Below are positions 35,666 to 44,857 of a DNA stretch of 64,000 nucleotides, piece by piece. The notes under the pieces are model-generated. The model searched no databases, had not been told where the DNA came from, and worked only from the letters and a program-made list of their open reading frames with translations. The DNA lies in assembly GCA_964019335.1 (NCBI GenBank), contig OZ025701.1, positions 458,716 through 522,715 on the forward strand, read 5' to 3'. Position 1 is the first letter of the stretch, and the number at the start of each line of letters is the position of its first letter. The position numbers were made by a program, and so were the translations under genes. Source of the stretch: Diplonema japonicum. Taxonomy: Eukaryota; Protista; Euglenozoa: Diplonemea.

Positions 35666-37786
35666 TTCTCTCACAGACCCTTGCCTCCCACAGCGAAGGG
35701 CAAAGGGCAGGTGCACCAGCTGACAGCTACTTACGCTCCTAGTATATTTGCTCTTTCTTTTTATCCTTTGTACTTCAACCGATATTTGTGTACTTCTTGA
35801 ATCCTAACGCCAGTTAGTGACCATATATTGCACCCTCCCCACCACCTGTTTGTGTTGCTTGGTTTTCTTAATAATATTCGGAAGACAATAACTCATATTA
35901 TTATTCACCTAATTCGCAGCATGTTGCAAACTATTTTTGAAACCTTTTCTTTCTTTTTCTTCTTCTTCTTCTTCTTTTTTTTGTTCCTTCCATTTATTCC
36001 TGGTTTCTTTTTCTTCTTTTTTCTGCACGGAAGCCAGGGAAGAAGGGGTCAGTGGGGGGGTGTCGCTTATTTTTTTTCTCGCTTTTTTCTTTTTTTTTTT
36101 TTCTTTTTTTCCCGTTCAGGTTCTCGAGAATTGTTAAAATGCATCAATGCATGAATAGGTTTTCACAACATCATAAAGCGTGCCTCACCTGAAGGTGGCA
36201 AGGGTAGCGAAAGCAAAACGTAGCCGCGAGATGTACTTTCAATTGGTTTTATAGGGTATTTTTTTTTTTTTTTTTTTTATTTTTTTTTTTTAGCTTTTGG
36301 CACTTGTTCTTAGATGAGTACCGCCTCCCTCCCCAGGCATAGTGAATGCATATGCAGTTCCCTTAGATTTTGTGTTTAATTTTTTAGACCTGGCGCCATT
36401 GCGTACTCAGCGTGTACTGTGGAGGGGCGTAAATTATAGAGCTTTGCGCTCCAGTATTCCCTCGTGCAGTAAACTGTGACAGGTATTCTTCAAAGATCAA
36501 CCGAAAAATCGTACGCACTCTAGCCTAGGGGGTGAGAGATGCTACTCCCGAAACAACGCCGTGCCTTCAGTGAAATGAAGTGGTGCTGGGGGACATAGAC
36601 CCAACAAAGAGGGGAAATAAAAGAAGGGAAAAGTGGTGAGTGAGTTGGGGAAGAAGGGGTGGCAGTTTCCATATTATTGATGGTGTTTTTTTTTTTTTTT
36701 TTTTTTCTTTTTTTTTTTCCCCTTGTTTTTTTTTTTTTTTTTTTTTTTTTTCTTTCGGAGGTTTTAAAATTTAAACTCTGTGAGTAGAATCAGTTTACGT
36801 TCCAGTGAAACCATTTTTTTTTTTTCCCATATTTTTTTTCCCCCTGCTCGAGAGAACAAGTGAATTTGTAAACCAGCTGGGAGCTTAAAGGCATTCCTAT
36901 ACCTTTATGTTGGGGAAAGCTTGCAGATGGCAGGTCTTAAAGAGAAGGTAACTAACGTGAAAGAGTCTCATTCAGGGGGGGAAAAAAAAGGAAGAAAAAA
37001 ATCAGATAGTTAACCGAAGTGGTACTATGTAAAAAAAGGAGAAAGAAAGACCGCCCCTTTCCCCCTCCCATTTTATGGAGGGCACAAGGCCGTGTTTTTA
37101 TTTCTTCTTTTTTTCTTTCAAGACTACCCCCAATGAAGATACATGTGAAGCTCTCAGAAATAAGAGGGAGGTACCCACCACTCAGACAAGCAAAGGCAGC
37201 ACCTTCTTACTTGTTGTAGTGTCATTTTCTACATTTTCGTCTCTTTTATTTCTTCTTTTTTTTTCTCTTTTTTCGTCTGGCGTCTCCGTTCTTGTTTAAT
37301 TTGTTTCTCATTTTTTTTTTTTTTTTGTTGAACAAATGCAAGAGGAAATACTGAATTTCTTCCAGAAGCTTTTTTTTTTTTTTTTTTTTTTTTTTTAGTC
37401 TTTGTTTTTATTACGCTCCTCTTGTCAAAGAACACAGTTCCCTAATTCAAACTGAGTAGGCCAGAACCCTATCTTGGCACGATCAAACCTGGGTCACAGG
37501 TAAGTACTGTTGCACTCCGCTGTGGGCACTTGATCAGAAGTCCGGTGCAAGAGGCACAAAAAAAAGCGCAATCTCATTCCCGAACCCTTGAAGCCATGTA
37601 CCGAACCTTATTCACAAGTGTAATCCGCTCTGTTGAAGAAGAAGAAGAATAAAAAAAAACACTTTTTTTCTCTTTTTTTTCACCCCCCCCCAGTGTGAAA
37701 CAGCAGCTTTTCATTTCTCCTCCCTGTTTGGCAGCGCATGTTGAAACAAAAGGAGAGGAGCAAAGGGAGGGAAGTATGCAGTCGTG

Positions 37787-39262
37787 CTACGCGTCAGGGT
37801 GGTGCAGGATGTCAACCTCACCACCATCAGCCGTGCAGTAGCGCTCCATGATGCCGTGGACGTATGCTATGTTGTGTGTACGGGTGTAGATGGGTACAGG
37901 GCGGTCAAAATCTTGGTTGTCGAAGACAAGGCAGTTGTCTGTGATCTGCGCGTCCATGAGGTACTGGATGCTGTTCATAACGTTGGCCCACTTGGCGAAG
38001 GAAGGGTCATGCCACCTTCCGTTCTCGTGTGCCCTGTTCACTGCCCTGTGGCCCGCCTCCTTCATCCCCACGACCAGTCCTATCGCATCCACCACGTACC
38101 CCGTTTCTTGCATGCGTTGCACTTCTTGTTTGAACTTCGAACTGTCCTGCCCCGTCTTTGAGATCAGTATATTCCTCCTCTCTTTTATCGCCTTCTCCAG
38201 CATCGTCTGCTTGAATGCATCCACGTGCTTACTTACCACCTTCATAGAGTCTTTGTACCCTTCACCCGGTACTGTCTGCAGCAAATCCGCCCACGCCTTG
38301 TGGTGTTTCCTCAGCGTGTCACCCTCTACCTCCACATAGTCATCTAGCTTGATGTTCAGCAGGTTCTCCGATTGTGTGCGGATGGTGGATTTCCCTGCCC
38401 CTGCAGGCCCCAGGATGTACAGCACTCTGGGGACTTTTCCGGGACCAGCGGAGGGTGCCGTGTGGCACTTGCACTCAAGTTCTATATTTTGTATCTCGGA
38501 CGGTGAGAGGGGGCGATCGAGCCGTTCCCGCAGGTGTGTCGGTAGGTTAGGTTTCCACACCCTACCAGGCACACACCTGTTCAGGGTGTGGTCCCATCTG
38601 AGGTTAGATGAAAAGATTAGAGCATCGCGCATATTACTCACGTTACTCAAGAGAGAGAGCGTCCGGTGATAGTTTTGCACCTCGTCATCTGTGAGCACAG
38701 GAGCGACGACTGGCTGGTGGTCACGGAGATCCGCAAGGCTTAGCGTCACTTCTTTCGAAACATCTGAGAAAGAAAACATGGGATCGAGGTCGTGTTCCTG
38801 CGGGGTTGATATTGACTTCGAGAGCGAGCCGCCAAGGAAGAAGCTCTGTGACCTGCCGCTACCGGAGAACGGGGTGAAAGACTTCGGGCTCCTGACCATG
38901 CCGCCCAGGGGGCCGTTGCAGGGGTGACTGTTGATAATGTCGTCGAACTGCAAGGACCGCCTCATGGGTCCTACCTTCTTCGATGGCCGCATGGAGAGCA
39001 GCTTGTAGCACAACGCATACGCCTCTCGTCCCACCTTTGCCTGCTCTTCAATTGACTTCCGCCCACTAGTCTCAAGTGCTTCCAGTGCTTGCAGTCCCTT
39101 GTCCGGAGTAGCCAAAGTTGATGCGAAGTGCTCTGCAAGGAAGGCCCGTGGATTACTTGGCATAACCTTGCACAGCGCCGCCGTTGCGTGGTGCAGGAGG
39201 CCATGGATCTTTGCCTCATCGAAGTACACATCTAACACTTTAGCATCGATAGCTTTCCCCAT
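37787..39262 (-). CDS. Zeta-toxin-family P-loop kinase with N-terminal RIIa/Dpy-30-like dimerisation-docking domain
   Basis: N-terminal YFDEAKIHGLLHHATAALCKVMPSNPRAFLAEHF; C-terminal ILGPAGAGKST, VEGDTLR, AIKERRNILI, GYVV, RAVNRAHENGRW. Confidence 0.8.
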   Translation of the reverse strand: MGKAIDAKVLDVYFDEAKIHGLLHHATAALCKVMPSNPRAFLAEHFASTLATPDKGLQALEALETSGRKSIEEQAKVGREAYALCYKLLSMRPSKKVGPMRRSLQFDDIINSHPCNGPLGGMVRSPKSFTPFSGSGRSQSFFLGGSLSKSISTPQEHDLDPMFSFSDVSKEVTLSLADLRDHQPVVAPVLTDDEVQNYHRTLSLLSNVSNMRDALIFSSNLRWDHTLNRCVPGRVWKPNLPTHLRERLDRPLSPSEIQNIELECKCHTAPSAGPGKVPRVLYILGPAGAGKSTIRTQSENLLNIKLDDYVEVEGDTLRKHHKAWADLLQTVPGEGYKDSMKVVSKHVDAFKQTMLEKAIKERRNILISKTGQDSSKFKQEVQRMQETGYVVDAIGLVVGMKEAGHRAVNRAHENGRWHDPSFAKWANVMNSIQYLMDAQITDNCLVFDNQDFDRPVPIYTRTHNIAYVHGIMERYCTADGGEVDILHHPDA

Positions 39263-39310
39263 CCCCACCCACCCTTCCTAGTGTATTTAAAGGTTGCATG
39301 AAACAGATAA

Positions 39311-40363
39311 CTAAGACTCCGCGCTGAGTAGTGCTGTGCAGCACCCGTACTTCCCAAAGAACTTCCTATAGTCAGACGTCACTTCCCAAGTACCAGTGGA
39401 TGTCTGCACTCGGACAGACGATGCGTGCAGAAGGTGTCGGTCGATGACACCATACGGGGTGGTCATAGGTTCCTTGCCTGTTGTCCATCTCAGAGACTGG
39501 GGTTCCGTGCTGTCACCGTGGCCGTACACCTTATCGCCAAGTATAGGATGCGCTATTGCCTCTGCGTGCACACGAATCTGATGTGTCCTGCCCTGCTCGA
39601 TAACTACTTTGACAAGTGTGAGGTCTTGTGCCCATGTCACAGGTGTGAAGGTCGTCTTGCACGGCTTGCCCGAGGGGTGTGTTGTCATTCTGATCTTCTT
39701 CATAGGCTTGCAGTCCTTGCAGTACTCTTCTCCCAGCAGTGTGTGCATAGGTGTCACTGGCTTGTCGACCTGCACCTCTTCCTTCAGAATGCCACGCAAC
39801 ACTGCATGGTACTGCTTCGTGACCTTCCCCGACGAGAAGAGAGTCCCAACGTAACTAGAAGCTTCTTCAGAAAGTGCCACGACAACGATTCCGCTTGTTT
39901 CCTTGTCAAGCCTGTGCGCAGGCCACACGTTGCGCTGCAGTGTGTTCTGCATTTCATATGATAATGTGTTCTTCCTATACTTCCCCGATGGGGACACAGG
40001 GATGTTCCCAGACTTCTCTACAGCAAGCAACTCATGCTTCTTATCGTAATCCAGCACCTCATATTCCAGGTCCACTTCCGGTTCTTCCTCCCGCGGTGTG
40101 TTAAGTCCTATCTTCATCCCGCCCTTTAGGACGAATGTCTCGTTGACAGGCATCTTGTCTACACTCAATAGCCCTTTTTTTATCTTGTCCCGCCACTTCT
40201 CCTCCCCGTAGTAACTAAACCTCTTGCACACATACTCCAGAATGGTCTCAGGGGGCTCAGTTCTCTTTACGCCCCCATATCTGCAGTATGACACACCATC
40301 ATCATTCAATGGCTCCTCACACGGGCGCAAGGACACCTCCATTTTCCTTCTCTTGGGGTTCAT
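39311..40363 (-). CDS. RluA-family pseudouridine synthase
   Basis: VEKSGNIPVSPSG, AHRLDKETSG, KQYHA, GRTHQIRVH, HPILGDKVYG, LLHA. Confidence 0.95.
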   Translation of the reverse strand: MNPKRRKMEVSLRPCEEPLNDDGVSYCRYGGVKRTEPPETILEYVCKRFSYYGEEKWRDKIKKGLLSVDKMPVNETFVLKGGMKIGLNTPREEEPEVDLEYEVLDYDKKHELLAVEKSGNIPVSPSGKYRKNTLSYEMQNTLQRNVWPAHRLDKETSGIVVVALSEEASSYVGTLFSSGKVTKQYHAVLRGILKEEVQVDKPVTPMHTLLGEEYCKDCKPMKKIRMTTHPSGKPCKTTFTPVTWAQDLTLVKVVIEQGRTHQIRVHAEAIAHPILGDKVYGHGDSTEPQSLRWTTGKEPMTTPYGVIDRHLLHASSVRVQTSTGTWEVTSDYRKFFGKYGCCTALLSAES

Positions 40364-40438
40364 TGTCGCTGCATGCCCTCCTGGTTGAAAAAGTTAAGAT
40401 CCCTGGTAAAAAGGGGAAATAAGGAAACATTGTTACGC

Positions 40439-41291
40439 CTATGCACCGACGCCGCCGAGGTTCGCCCGCTTGCCTTTCTTAGGTGTTGGTTTGGACTGAA
40501 GCACCTGGGTTGGCTTTGGGAAGAGTGCAGTTCTGATAATGCTAACAACAATGGCGACGACGAAGACTAGCACACCCAACACCACTTTGTCCATGATTTC
40601 GGACTTTGATACGCCCCCGCCCGTCTTATTTCCTGTTACCACTGTAGTAGGCAACGAGGGGTTCTTATTCACAAACGTCAGCACGAAGGTATCGGGGTCC
40701 GTGATGACAAGCTCTACGCGGCCATTCACCCCCTTGCCGAACAGCAGCCCGCTCACGAGCTTGGTACCTTTAAACAGGTCTTTTACTTGATACGCAATGT
40801 TAAATTCAAAATTCTCTTCATTCACCAGCCCCATCGATCCGAACTCGCTGTTCCCCATCATGGATATGCCCCGTTTCTCGCCGTCCTCCTGTTTTGGTTC
40901 AGATTTTTTCGCTTTGGTTGCATACGCTTTCCAGAACCCCCTTCCCCAAATGACGGCCTTGCATCATGCTCACATTGTAGCTCAGTCGCCCTTCTTGGAT
41001 GTCTGTATAGGTATTATATGTGTGCTGTTGTGCCTGGATACCTCCCTGAGCGATCCCGTCCTGCGTCGTCACCGACACTACGTCCCATTCGCCGCTAAGG
41101 AGCTCTGTGAACTCCAACGGGCCCCGCCTCTGCTGCGACAGGAGGAAGAACGCACATCCGCAAAACACCTATTGGATAGTTTTTTAAAGTATGTTGTTTG
41201 AAAAGCTAATAAAGGTGCACACCAAGCCGATCAAAGCTGTTATGTAGTCGGGGGTCTTCTTTTTAAACTGCGGTGCCGCCTGCTGCGCCAT
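40439..41291 (-). CDS. Hypothetical two-TM membrane protein, 4 exons, ~240 aa
   Basis: Exons 41291-41223, 41168-41042, 41002-40926, 40888-40439 (723 nt); introns 54, 39 (in-frame, stop-free) and 37 nt. Splicing creates TM YITALIGLVFCGCAFFLL; second TM is VVLGVLVFVVAIVVSII. Confidence 0.7.
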
Positions 41292-41755
41292 ATCCCTCGC
41301 CAAATCCCTCCTAGAGTGGTTTCGTGATAAGTAAAGGTGTATCCGAGTAAGTTACTACAGCCCAGCTCTTCAGCAATGTTCTATTTCCGGAACAGTCGCG
41401 CAGGCCTACAGGAAAGAGGGTGGAGATAAGGGGCACGTCCCTTCGCCCCATGCACTCTAGAGTGTGGTTCTTAGGATACGCACATTTCAATCGCTCTGAA
41501 GACTGCTGTGTGCTTTCTTCAGTTCTAATTCTGGTCTCCTAGGCACGCTCTTTTCCTTTTTTTTTTTTTTCTCTTTTTTTTTCATGGTTTGCTCAGTTGT
41601 ACTCAGCAACAAACAGCACACTTTTACAGCTACTCGCTGCCTGCGTTAGAGGTGCGCTACACAGGTGGTTGGCACTGGCGCCATGGCCTGCCGGGAACGT
41701 TTTATTTAACAACCTGCGCGGGTCTGTATCACGTTTGTGTTTAGCATCTTCGAGT

Positions 41756-42715
41756 TCACGCAGACTTCGACGGGAGTTGCTTCTTGAACGAGTCGAGAGT
41801 GTTGCTCAAGAGCATTGCGATAGTCATCGGCCCCACGCCACCAGGGACAGGTGACATCTTCCCTGCCACAGGCAAACATGCCTCAAAATCCACGTCACCT
41901 ACAGTGCGGTAGCCTTGCTTCTTGGTGGCATCGTCCACGCAGTTCGTGCCCACATCGATGATGGCGGCACCCTCCTTCACGAAATCGGCTTTCACGAACT
42001 CTCTACACCCCGCTGCAGCCACGATGATGTCGCACTCCCTGCACACTTTGGCAATGTCAGCAGTCTTGGAGTGGCAAATGGTCACCGTGGCATTCATCTG
42101 CTGCAACATGTGAGCTACTGGCAAGCCGACGATGTTGCTCCTACCGATAACAGCAGCCCTCTTCCCCTCGATCTGGACGTTGCTTCTTTGCAGCATTGTG
42201 ATGATGCCCTTCGGTGTGCACGGGTAGGCAGAGGGCTCTTTCCCTCTTGTGTACAACGAGCAAATGTTCTGTGGTCCCAACCCATCGACGTCCTTGGCAG
42301 GGTTGACCAGCGCAAGTACCACAGGCTCGTTGATGTGCTTCGGGAGCGGCAGCTGCACGATAAGCCCATGGATGGCGGGGTTGGTGTTGCAGTCTTCGAT
42401 CTGCGTTGTGTGGGTTGTTGTGTCATTTGCCATACCTTGGCAATGAGGTCCTCCTGTGTGATGTCACCAGGAAGCTCGATCTGAAAGCTTTCAAACCCGC
42501 ACTCCGTGGCGGCCTTGTGCTTCAACCTCACATATGTCTGAGAGTCCTTTCTCTCTCCAACAATAATCACGGCCAGCCCAGGCACGCCATGATCGTCGGC
42601 TCTGCATGTGTGGTGTTGTCAAACGTGTATCATACTTCGCCATGTCCACATCCTTCTTGATCTCTTCTCTCACCTCCGCTGCGATCTTCTTCCCATCAAT
42701 CACTTCCGCTGGCAT
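41756..42715 (-). CDS. folD: Bifunctional methylenetetrahydrofolate dehydrogenase/cyclohydrolase, 3 exons, 296 aa
   Basis: VIDGKKIA, PGLAVIIVG...DSQTYV, IHGLIVQLPLP, KDVDG, PCTPKG, GRSNIVGLP, PVPGGVGPMTIAML. Introns 42635-42602 (34 nt) and 42435-42401 (35 nt). Confidence 0.96.
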
Positions 42716-42886
42716 AGTTCGGGTTGTATTTAGGTGTATTATTCTCTTCGGTGCATGAGTGGATAGGAGGGGTACCCTTGAACAGGGCAGGACAACTCTC
42801 CTGAAGAGCAACGTTGGAGAATGGGTCCTACGAGTGACTTAAGACGCAGCATTAGTGCAGAAATAAAAAAGAAAGTTTGATTCTTA

Positions 42887-43474
42887 CTAGTCGAGCAAGT
42901 GAGGGGTGAGGTGGGAGTTCAAAAAGTCGAAGGCAGCAGGTAAGCCCTTTTCCAGATATATAGCACCGGTAATGGAGTACAGCTGGGTGGTGAAGAAGGT
43001 CTCAGTGATGGGGTTGGGGGTGCCGGTGGTAAGAGATGTGTGAATGGTGTTAGTGAGTTCAGAGGAGGCGAGGAAGAGATGTGAACAGGGAAGGGCAGTG
43101 TAGGCGGAAGTGAGGTGCCCTGGGGAAAGGAGTAGGTGGATAATGGTGTCGATATCTCGCTGTTGGTATCCTGACAGGCTTTGCAGTACCCAGCTTCTCA
43201 CAAACATATGCACCACCGGGGTTCCCATAAAAGCCAGCTCTCTGTTGCACACGCCGACACCGAGATCCCTACTCTTGTCCACGAACGCCAGCGGCATGAC
43301 GCCCTGGCCTTCAACTTCAATTTTCATGCGCTTCATCAAATCAACACACTCCTTCCTGAACCCATCGTCCACCTTCGACACAGCGGCACTAACTCTTTTC
43401 TGCGAACTGGGAAACATCAGTTTTCCCAAATCGGTTGCCCTCATGGCGCTGAGCTGGGACTGGTATTTACTCAT
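42887..43474 (-). CDS. Catalytically degenerate RNase III-fold protein (mitoribosomal mL44/mL57-like or KREPB-like)
   Basis: NRELAFMGTPVV corresponds to the NERLEFLGD signature without its acidic residues; LYSITGAIYLEKG corresponds to FEALIGAIYLDSG. Confidence 0.7.
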   Translation of the reverse strand: MSKYQSQLSAMRATDLGKLMFPSSQKRVSAAVSKVDDGFRKECVDLMKRMKIEVEGQGVMPLAFVDKSRDLGVGVCNRELAFMGTPVVHMFVRSWVLQSLSGYQQRDIDTIIHLLLSPGHLTSAYTALPCSHLFLASSELTNTIHTSLTTGTPNPITETFFTTQLYSITGAIYLEKGLPAAFDFLNSHLTPHLLD

Positions 43475-44857
43475 CTTGTGTCCCTTGGTGCGAGGTGGAG
43501 ATGGGAAGGGGGATGAACAAAAAAGAAACTGACGAGACAAAAAGGAGAAAAATCAGTAAAACAAGAAGAAAAAAACAAAAAACGTACGGAGCTACAAAAC
43601 ACGCTGTTGCCAACACAAGTGTTGTCATGAAATATAAGTAACCAACTTCCCTCTTCCATTAGTCAAGGGCGAGGGACTGGACTGTAGAACACAGCAACAT
43701 CGAGCCACACCACACTTGGTACGAAGCAATGAGATTTTCTCTCGGGGGAAAAGAAAAGAAGAAAAAAAAGCACTCAGCAAGGGAAAGACATCACATAGGG
43801 AAAATAATATCTGGGGGGGGGGGGGGGGGGGCTCAATTTGATTCCACAAAACATGGACTTGCAAGACACGTAGACATTGCCAGCTCTGCCGGCCATTTCT
43901 ATTTCGTTTGAGAAATGAATTTCTTTTTCCACTACACTTCAGTTGGTAGAAGGGAAGGGAGATTTCGGAGGTCCCCAGGGGGAGTGCAAGGGAGACCAAA
44001 CGTAGTTTCATTTTTTTACTGCTTACTTGACGGCCCGTATTTTATTCTTTCGGATGCTGATGCGCACCGAAGCAGAACAGAGCAATAGTGAGTGAAGGGT
44101 CACGCTAGTAGCTGTGATCGCTGCCACGTATTGACTTTGTACTACTCCGGTGTACAGAAACTGCACACGTGATTATTCATCAATTTTTTCCTACAAGAGG
44201 AGAGTCCGAAAAAAAAAGGGGGGGAACGAGCGCTGTCTTATCAGTTCATGAGGGTTGCCACCCTGCTAATACAAAGGAAAAAGGTGAGAAAATAAGTGCT
44301 TGTCAGAAAATACGCACGTACTCACGTGATTCCCTTTAATACAACAAAAAAAGAGGAGGAGGAGGAGGAGGAGGAGGAGGAGGGGGGGGGGGGCAACGAG
44401 TAGCAAAGGGGTTTTCGCCAGGAAGGCGAAAAATTGAGACAAAAACAAAAAAGGGGGACAAATTAGACATGTAAAGGTTCGCGTTTCGCGCTCACCAGCC
44501 AGTCCTGCGGCTTATGCATCTGTCGTCGTGCGTGCCCCCTCGTTGACACTTGTTGCGTGCGTTGTCTCTGCAAGGATGGGTTATTTGCTGGAAAAGACAT
44601 GCCCTCCTGTTTCTGCCCCTCTTTAACCGGTGGATCCCTGAATCCTCCTTGTCCCTACCTCAAATGGGGGGGAAATTGACCTCGCCTTCCTCCGTATCAA
44701 AGGATCAAGGAAATAATAGTGAAAACGCGTGGGGGGCAAAAAAAAAGTGGGTGGGGAACGGAAGAAGAAAAGAAGCATAGATGAGAAGGTAGTCGTTTGG
44801 TGAATTGATGCGACAGTTGGCGAGAGGCTTTCACAACAGCACACGATGCAGGAGGCA

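Noticed and set aside
1157-37435. Dozens of Phe/Lys/Gly/Pro-rich ORFs in spacers
   Set aside because: They are translations of homopolymer tracts with no coding signal.
44152-44163. CAGTTTCTGTAC on the minus strand, matching the euglenozoan spliced-leader core
   Set aside because: Only 12 nt; flanks do not match the SL exon and no GTATG donor follows.
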